Program-made: the position numbers and the translations under genes
Notes under the pieces: model-generated
Told to the model about the DNA's origin: nothing
Database searches by the model: none
What the model saw: only the letters and a program-made list of their open reading frames with translations
DNA from: an uncultured Acidobacteriota bacterium
GTDB lineage: Bacteria; Actinomycetota; Acidimicrobiia; Spongiisociales; ZC4RG35
Reading direction: 5' to 3'
Assembly: GCA_963828465.1 (NCBI GenBank)
Contig: CAWHEU010000022.1
Location: forward strand, 64,001 to 128,000
DNA: 64,000 nt
Shown here: positions 58,018-64,000 of the stretch, in pieces
Layout of the letters: every line of letters starts with the position of its first letter
How positions within the stretch are numbered: the stretch's first letter is position 1

Positions 58018-58092
58018 GAATCGAACCGAACTTTTTTTCCACGTCGCATAGGTGTTGCCCCACTCAGGAGGAGTTTGGTGATTCTCCCAGCA

Positions 58093-58135
58093 ACGAGCTC
58101 GCGAACCCAACGGGGCCGCGGCTCGTAATGCCCCG
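58093..58135 (+). promoter_or_regulatory. Candidate H-type RNA pseudoknot upstream of the cupredoxin RBS
   Basis: Stem 1 ACGAGC(T)CGCG / CGCGGCTCGT; stem 2 CGGGGC / GCCCCG. Confidence 0.4.
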
Positions 58136-58156
58136 ACAAGCTAAGAAGGAGCATAT

Positions 58157-58501
58157 GTGAAACGTGTTCTCGTCCTTGGGGCGGTTCTGGCCTCGTTGCT
58201 GGCGGCTTGTAGCGGGGAGAGCACTGATACCACCGAATCCACCGGAGGCGAGGAGCAGAGGGTCGAGATCGCCGATCTCGCATTCGACCCGGACACCCTG
58301 ACCGTAGCTGTCGGCACCACGGTCACCTGGGTGAGTGCAGACCCGAACCTTCCCCACACGTCTACCTCGGAAGATGAGCTTTGGTCCTCGGGGACATTGA
58401 ACGAAGGGGACGAGTTCCCGTTCACTTTCGAGGAGGCGGGCACGTTCGCCTACTTCTGCGAGGTACACCCTGACATGACGGGGACGATCGTCGTCGAGTA
58501 A
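58157..58501 (+). CDS. Cupredoxin (plastocyanin/amicyanin-like) lipoprotein
   Basis: Lipobox LAAC; PHT and YFCEVHPDM type-1 Cu ligands; RBS AAGGAG. Confidence 0.92.
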   Translation: MKRVLVLGAVLASLLAACSGESTDTTESTGGEEQRVEIADLAFDPDTLTVAVGTTVTWVSADPNLPHTSTSEDELWSSGTLNEGDEFPFTFEEAGTFAYFCEVHPDMTGTIVVE

Positions 58502-58532
58502 GCCGGGGAATCCGCCTGCCTATCCTCCGGCA

Positions 58533-58910
58533 ATGGATTGGAAGATAGAGCTGGTCGGGATCCCCGTATCCGATGTGGAGCGGGCCAAAGCCTTCTACAC
58601 CGAGCAGGTCGGGTTCGTGCTGGACCACGACCACAAAGTCAGCGACGACCTCCGCTTCATCCAACTGACGCCACCTGGATCTGCATGCTCGATCACCATC
58701 GGCGTCGGTGTGATCGATACGCCTCCCGGGTCGGTCCAGGGGGTACAGATGGTCGTTTCCGATGTTCAGGCGGCGCACGACGAGCTAGCCAGTAGGGGAG
58801 TCGAGGTGAGCGACGTCCAGCATTTCGATTGGGGAGAATTCGTTTTCTTCAGTGACCCCGACGGCAACGGCTGGGCGGTGCAGCAGCTGCCCTCGTGGCT
58901 AGACAGCTGA
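58533..58910 (+). CDS. VOC/glyoxalase family protein
   Basis: PVSDVERAKAFY, QLTPPGSACSI, FSDPDGNGW. Confidence 0.93.
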   Translation: MDWKIELVGIPVSDVERAKAFYTEQVGFVLDHDHKVSDDLRFIQLTPPGSACSITIGVGVIDTPPGSVQGVQMVVSDVQAAHDELASRGVEVSDVQHFDWGEFVFFSDPDGNGWAVQQLPSWLDS

Positions 58911-59474
58911 GGTCGGTCTTCCCGGGCGGTAGGTGAGGAGAACGTTCCCCGACTCGAAGACCGTAGTCCTGAGCAGGTCGAACGTGAGCCTTCCAGTCAT
59001 CATGGTGAAAATTGACCTGCCCGAGCCGAGTGCCACGGGATGGATCATCAGTCGCAGCTCGTCGACGAGGCCCATCTCGATCAGGCTGAAAGTGAGATTC
59101 GGGCTACCGAATATCCCTATCGACCTCCCCGGTTGACTCTTCAGTTTCGAGATCTCAGTGGCGACGCCGTCGCCCTTGATCAAGGTCGAGTTGTTCCAGG
59201 TGGCTTCTCGCAGGGTGCTCGACACGACCGCCTTGGGGATCTCGTTCATCAGCGGGGCGATCATGGGGTCCTCATCCAGAGCTGCCGGCGAGGTCCAATA
59301 GCCAGCCATGCCTTCGTAGGTGACGCGGCCGAAGATGATGATGCCAGTGTCGTTGAGATTGGCGACCGAATATCGGTTGAACTCGTCGTCGACATTGGGC
59401 CAGTCGAACTCGCCTTTGGGCCCTTCGTAGAAGCCGTCGACGGTCACAACCAGGAACGTGTAGAGGATTCTCAT
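58899..59474 (-). CDS. Dihydrofolate reductase/RibD C-terminal family protein
   Basis: TVDGFYEGP, FGRVTYE, FGS, GLVDELRL.IHPVALGSG. Confidence 0.9.
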   Translation of the reverse strand: MRILYTFLVVTVDGFYEGPKGEFDWPNVDDEFNRYSVANLNDTGIIIFGRVTYEGMAGYWTSPAALDEDPMIAPLMNEIPKAVVSSTLREATWNNSTLIKGDGVATEISKLKSQPGRSIGIFGSPNLTFSLIEMGLVDELRLMIHPVALGSGRSIFTMMTGRLTFDLLRTTVFESGNVLLTYRPGRPTSAV

Positions 59475-59508
59475 GATGCACCCAGGCTACGAGGGCAGTA
59501 TTCAGGTC

Positions 59509-60831
59509 ATGAACGCCGGGTTGGCCGAGGAGCTCTCGAAACTGGCATATCGCAACGGTGCCGCCGGCTTCGGTGTGACCGGGGTGGAAGTCTTCACCCG
59601 GGAGAGGGCGGCGGTTCGCGCTTCGCGTGATACGGGACGTTCCGGACCGCTTCGGTTCACCTACGACGACCCCGATCTTGCCACAGACATCTCACGATCT
59701 TTCCCCTGGGCAAAATCGCTGGTCGTCGTGAGCTACGACTATTTGTCGCAGGCCGAAACGCCGTCACCGGAGGGGGCGGTCGTGGGTCGATTCGCCACTA
59801 CCAACCAATACGATGGCGTGCGGAAGATCACCGGGGCGATCGCCGAATTCCTCGGATCCCGGGGGTACCGGTCCGAGATGTTGAGTGACGACAACCGGCT
59901 CGTCGATCGGGCGGCCGCCGTTCGCGCCGGTGTCGGTTGGCTGGGTAAGAGCACCATGTTGCTGGCGCCCGGGCATGGGCCCTGGATGCTGCTGGGGACC
60001 GTGGTGACCGACGCCTCGATCCTGGCCAGCAGTCCAATGCAGCGGGACTGCGGGACCTGTTCAGCCTGCATCCCGGCCTGTCCAACCGGGGCGCTGGGGG
60101 AGCTGGGGCTCGACGCCCGCCGTTGTCTGTCGACTTGGCTACAGACCCCTGGCTCGGTCCCCCAATGGATCCGGCCCGTCATGGGACGGCGGATCTACGG
60201 GTGCGACGACTGCCTCACGGCATGCCCACCGGGTGGCCGCGCTCTTGTGGCGGCAGGAGACAAACCAGGACGGCTCCCGTTCACCGAATTGCTCGAGCTG
60301 TCCGACGACGACCTGCTCGATCGATTCGGGTGGTGGTACGTGCCGCGGAGACAGGGACGGTTCATACGCCGCAACCTCCTGGTCGCCGCCGGCAATTCCC
60401 GGGAGTCAGGGGCGAGGTTTGCTGTCGAGGCTCATACCCGCCACGCGTCCTCGATGATCCGCGGTCATGCCTACTGGGCGATGGCCCGAGGATTCGACGG
60501 ACGGCGCTCACTTCGGGAAGCCCTGGATTCCGAGACGGTGCCAGAGGCACGTGACGAGCTGTTGCTTGCCGTGCTCATGACGGAGTATCCCGGTGCGCAT
60601 GCCACCGTGCTGGAGGCCGATGAAAGGGCTCGCAGCGACGAATCAACACGGGCTCTGGCCCTTGTCGGCCCGCATGCCTCAGCGGATGGGCGTGGCGACG
60701 ACGATCTCGAGCTCGTATTTATCGGCCGCGATGACCTGGAGATCGAAACGATCGAAGCGCCGATGGTCCGGGTCTACGACCCAGACCGCCTCCTCGAAGA
60801 GCGTCGCCGAGCGGTCTCGGCGTCCGTCTGA
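59509..60831 (+). CDS. queG: Epoxyqueuosine reductase with C-terminal extension
   Basis: DRAAAVRAGVGWLGK, CGTCSACIPACPTGA, DARRCLS, IYGCDDCLTACP, RRNLLVAAGN. Confidence 0.9.
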   Translation: MNAGLAEELSKLAYRNGAAGFGVTGVEVFTRERAAVRASRDTGRSGPLRFTYDDPDLATDISRSFPWAKSLVVVSYDYLSQAETPSPEGAVVGRFATTNQYDGVRKITGAIAEFLGSRGYRSEMLSDDNRLVDRAAAVRAGVGWLGKSTMLLAPGHGPWMLLGTVVTDASILASSPMQRDCGTCSACIPACPTGALGELGLDARRCLSTWLQTPGSVPQWIRPVMGRRIYGCDDCLTACPPGGRALVAAGDKPGRLPFTELLELSDDDLLDRFGWWYVPRRQGRFIRRNLLVAAGNSRESGARFAVEAHTRHASSMIRGHAYWAMARGFDGRRSLREALDSETVPEARDELLLAVLMTEYPGAHATVLEADERARSDESTRALALVGPHASADGRGDDDLELVFIGRDDLEIETIEAPMVRVYDPDRLLEERRRAVSASV

Positions 60832-60896
60832 TCGGCCTGACCCCGCTCCACGGCGGCGACCGGCTTCGCTCATGAACAACCCAATAGGGTGAAGAG

Positions 60897-62072
60897 ATGA
60901 GCAACGCAGGCACCCCCGCTCCGGACATCCGCCCGTTCCAGATCCAGGTCCCGCCGGAGAAACTCAACGATCTCCGTGACCGACTCTCAATGACCCGATG
61001 GCCTGCCCAACCCAGTGGCACCGGCTGGGAGCGAGGAGTGCCGCTCGACTATCTCCGGGGTTTGGCCGGCTACTGGTCAAATGGCTTCGATTGGGCGAAC
61101 CAGCAGAAAGAGCTCAATCGGTTCGCTCACCACATGACGACTGTGAACGGCCAGGACATCCATTTCGTCCATGCCCCCTCTCCCGAGCCCGACGCTCTGC
61201 CGCTGGTGCTGCTTCATGGCTGGCCGGCATCATTTGTCGAGTTCGACCGGGTCATCGGCCCCCTCAGTGATCCGGTCGCTCACGGCGGCAATGCCGGGGA
61301 TGCCTTCCATGTGGTCGTGCCGTCGATTCCCGGATTCGGGTATTCGCCGCCGCCTCAGGAGCCGGGATGGTCCACCGGCCGAGTGGCCGCGACCGTCGTC
61401 GAAGTCATGCATCGCCTCGGCTATGAGCGATACGGCGCCCACGGCGGCGATATCGGCGCCGGCGTCGCTGGGGGTCTGAGCCCTGCCGACCCGGCCGGGG
61501 TGGTAGGAGTGCATGTGGCGTCCGACCCGCGCACTGCGGTGTCATTCGCCATGTTCGCGGGCGATCCTGCTGAGACACCGGGACTCAACGACCAAGAGCG
61601 GGAGCGAGTGGAGGCCATGAAAGTGGCTTCCGCCGACGACATGGGCTATCTCCAGATCCAAGCCACCCGTCCCCAGACGTTGGCTTATGGCCTCAACGAC
61701 TCGCCGGTCGCACAGCTGGCCTGGATCGTTGAGAAGTTCCGGGCATGGACCGACGCAGTCGCTGAGTTACCCGAGGACGCCGTCGACCGCGATCAGTTGC
61801 TGACAAACGTCGCGGTCTACTGGTTCACAGGGACCGGCGCTTCGGCCGCCCATTTTCTCTACGACAGCATGCATTCCCAGGACTGGGGTGAGGAGGGGGC
61901 GGCGCCGACGGGCTTTGCTGTGTTCGGTCGGGACACGGTGACCCGGCGCCTGATGGACCCCGAAGGGCGGATCGAGCACTGGACGGAGTTCGACCGCGGC
62001 GGGCACTTTCCGGCCATGGAGGTGCCCGACCTACTCGTCGAGGACATCAGGTCCTTTTTCAGGCTCCGCTGA
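60897..62072 (+). CDS. Epoxide hydrolase (microsomal type)
   Basis: HGWP.SFVEF, PSIPGFGYS, GGDIG, DSPVAQLAWIVEKF, GGHFPAME. Confidence 0.94.
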   Translation: MSNAGTPAPDIRPFQIQVPPEKLNDLRDRLSMTRWPAQPSGTGWERGVPLDYLRGLAGYWSNGFDWANQQKELNRFAHHMTTVNGQDIHFVHAPSPEPDALPLVLLHGWPASFVEFDRVIGPLSDPVAHGGNAGDAFHVVVPSIPGFGYSPPPQEPGWSTGRVAATVVEVMHRLGYERYGAHGGDIGAGVAGGLSPADPAGVVGVHVASDPRTAVSFAMFAGDPAETPGLNDQERERVEAMKVASADDMGYLQIQATRPQTLAYGLNDSPVAQLAWIVEKFRAWTDAVAELPEDAVDRDQLLTNVAVYWFTGTGASAAHFLYDSMHSQDWGEEGAAPTGFAVFGRDTVTRRLMDPEGRIEHWTEFDRGGHFPAMEVPDLLVEDIRSFFRLR

Positions 62073-62083
62073 GAAGCGAAGAA

Positions 62084-62464
62084 TCAGGCTTGATCGGAGG
62101 TATCGGTCTCGACAGGGATAACTGTCACATCTCCCGACGGTGGAGTCGGCTCAGCCTCGACGACGATGGGATCGACGGGTACGACGTCGTCCGCGACTGA
62201 AGGTTTGGCGGTCTCCTCCTCTGTTTCCTGATCGCCGGCCGCCCATCGCTCTTTGGCGGCGGCGATTCCCTGGTCGATCACCTCGCCCAACTCCGTTGCT
62301 GCCTGCTTGGCGGACTCGAGGGCGCTCATGCGGCTATCTCGTGTGGCGTCCCACGCAGTGCGTAGGGCGTCTCCGGTGCGGTCCAGCGCCTCCTGTACTT
62401 CAGCAAACCAGCGCTGCTGTTTGCTCTCGCCGGCTTCGGTTGCATTGTCGCCTTGGTCGGTCAT
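62084..62464 (-). CDS. Hypothetical amphipathic-helical protein with acidic tail
   Basis: RBS AAGGAGG before ATG 62464; protein-like composition. Confidence 0.7.
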   Translation of the reverse strand: MTDQGDNATEAGESKQQRWFAEVQEALDRTGDALRTAWDATRDSRMSALESAKQAATELGEVIDQGIAAAKERWAAGDQETEEETAKPSVADDVVPVDPIVVEAEPTPPSGDVTVIPVETDTSDQA

Positions 62465-62555
62465 CGCGTCCTCCTTGGTTATCCGTCGGCCCATTCTTGT
62501 CCCAATGAGGAGTTGATGCGCCCGAGAGACGCGCACTGCCGATATCGTCGCCCCC

Positions 62556-63029
62556 GTGGACGCCTATCCCGCCCGACCAGTGTCTGTGTCGGCGCATATC
62601 CCCGCCCCTCCGGACGTGGTGTTTGCCTTCGTCTCGGACACACGCAATGACCCCTCGTGGTGCGAAAACGTGGAGAGCGTGGACCTGATCGAGGGGACCA
62701 GGGTCGAGGTGGGCACCCGATTCCGGTTTCACCAGCATCTCGATCGACCCGGGGCCGAACGGGTGCAATTCGACGTCGATGTCGAGGTCATCGACAAAGG
62801 GGAGCATTCGATCAGCTGGCGGGCAAAGGATCGGTTTCAGACGAGAGAGATAAGCCTGGGCGTCGAGCCCCATGGATCAGGATCACGCATCACACAGGTG
62901 ACGAGGGCCACCTTCCTCCGTCCCCCGGGGATGGCTAAGTGGCTTTACCCGTTGCTGGCCCGCCGCATAGTCGGCAAGCAATTCCGCGACCTCGCCGCCC
63001 ACTTCGAGCGACTCACTCCTGCTGAGTAA
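62556..63029 (+). CDS. SRPBCC family protein
   Basis: IPAPPDVVFAFVSD.RNDPSW, VGTRF. Confidence 0.85.
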   Translation: MDAYPARPVSVSAHIPAPPDVVFAFVSDTRNDPSWCENVESVDLIEGTRVEVGTRFRFHQHLDRPGAERVQFDVDVEVIDKGEHSISWRAKDRFQTREISLGVEPHGSGSRITQVTRATFLRPPGMAKWLYPLLARRIVGKQFRDLAAHFERLTPAE

Positions 63030-63669
63030 CGGTGCCAGAACCGCTGACTGAGCTATCGACGTTTGGCTCTCCGAGATACTCCACCTCGCCCGACCCGGAG
63101 ACCGATACCTCGAGGTCGTCGGTGACATTGACCACGGCGTTACCCGAACCGGACACATCGACCTGACCTTCGGGCACGGTCAGCGACTCACCGTCGAACT
63201 CTCCGGAACCACTGATCGACACCGATAGGAGACCGCTGAGCGTCCCCTCGACGACGACGTCTCCAGAGCCGCTGATGTCGACCCGGAAATCGGTGCTGTC
63301 GACGGCTTCAGCCTCGACGACTCCGCTCCCGCTGATGACCAGTCCATCGAGGGTTTCCGCCGTGATCGTGTAGACGATTTGGACCGTCGGCGAGATGCTC
63401 CCACTCGTGTCCAGCCGGAGACGCCCGTTCCTGACCCTGGTCTCGAGCAGTGGCATGATGTTGTCCTCGGCCTCGATAGTGAGCGACTCGGTCCCGGTGA
63501 CGTTTACGACCACCCTCCCGGTGCCGCCGAGGACGATCTCGTTGAAGTCACTGACCTCTCTCGACTCGGTGATGACATTCCCGGATCCCTGGACCCCGGG
63601 CCTGATGCACGACGCGCCAAGAATCGCAGCGAGGAGCACGGCCAATATGACGCGGGCACGTGTTGGCAC
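63013..63669 (-). CDS. GIN/DUF2807 beta-helix lipoprotein
   Basis: Lipobox GASC; QGSGNVITESR.VSDF, repeated ISGSG; TAGGGT 7 nt before GTG 63669. Confidence 0.9.
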   Translation of the reverse strand: MPTRARVILAVLLAAILGASCIRPGVQGSGNVITESREVSDFNEIVLGGTGRVVVNVTGTESLTIEAEDNIMPLLETRVRNGRLRLDTSGSISPTVQIVYTITAETLDGLVISGSGVVEAEAVDSTDFRVDISGSGDVVVEGTLSGLLSVSISGSGEFDGESLTVPEGQVDVSGSGNAVVNVTDDLEVSVSGSGEVEYLGEPNVDSSVSGSGTVTQQE

Positions 63670-63722
63670 CGAGCCAACCCTAAGCCGGCGATTCGATCGC
63701 CTCGAGGCGATATCGTCCCAGC

Positions 63723-63917
63723 ATGGAAGATCGCCCGCCGAGCGATATCTACGAGTCACTCCCTGAGAGGTTGATTCGTGAGGCGATCGAAGCCGGAGAG
63801 TTCGACGAGCTTCCTGGTGCAGGCAAGCCTTTGCCCGGCGCCGGTGTGCCGGACGACGACGTGTGGTGGGTCCGCGAATGGTTGAAGCGCAACCAGGCCC
63901 AGCCAGATCGAGCATGA
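63723..63917 (+). CDS. Short DUF1992 family protein
   Basis: ERLIREAIEAGEFDELPGAGKPL...WWV. Confidence 0.85.
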   Translation: MEDRPPSDIYESLPERLIREAIEAGEFDELPGAGKPLPGAGVPDDDVWWVREWLKRNQAQPDRA

Positions 63918-64000
63918 TGGAACTCGGGATAACCACTTTCGCCGAGACATATCCCGACCCGAAGACCGGCGAGAAGATCGGTCACGGCGAGCGTCTGCGC
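63914..64000 (+). CDS. Probable LLM-class flavin-dependent oxidoreductase, 5' fragment
   Basis: ATGA overlap; MMELGITTFAETYPDPKTGEKIGHGERLR resembles LLM N-termini; truncated by the window end. Confidence 0.6.
   Translation, partial: MMELGITTFAETYPDPKTGEKIGHGERLR

Noticed and set aside
1-64000. Mobile elements, prophage, tRNA or rRNA genes
   Set aside because: No transposase, integrase, phage gene or RNA-gene signature was recognised by eye.

Overview
High-GC actinobacterial chromosomal segment, with no rRNA, tRNA, CRISPR array or IS recognised; an Acidimicrobiia-like origin is inferred from gene content only. It holds about 65 CDS: four class III nucleotide cyclases, a conservon (cvnABCD) with two adjacent degenerate kinase-like genes, dispersed NHEJ parts (LigD PE-ligase, Ku, LigD polymerase, LigB), Lon, QueG and assorted oxidoreductases and hydrolases. 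The best novelty candidate is a two-gene minus-strand unit at 15586-18552. An exported Pro/Val/Glu-repeat membrane protein is followed, 1 nt after its stop codon, by a perfect 10-nt anti-Shine-Dalgarno that can pair with the RBS of a secreted N/Q/T-rich, CxxC-containing, amyloid-like repeat protein (a SecM/MifM-like layout). The second candidate is a four-gene protease operon without signal peptides, including a stand-alone prodomain copy (31833-34426). Many genes look leaderless. Four single-base frameshifts in otherwise intact genes suggest assembly error. All product calls come from motif recognition by eye, not database searches.
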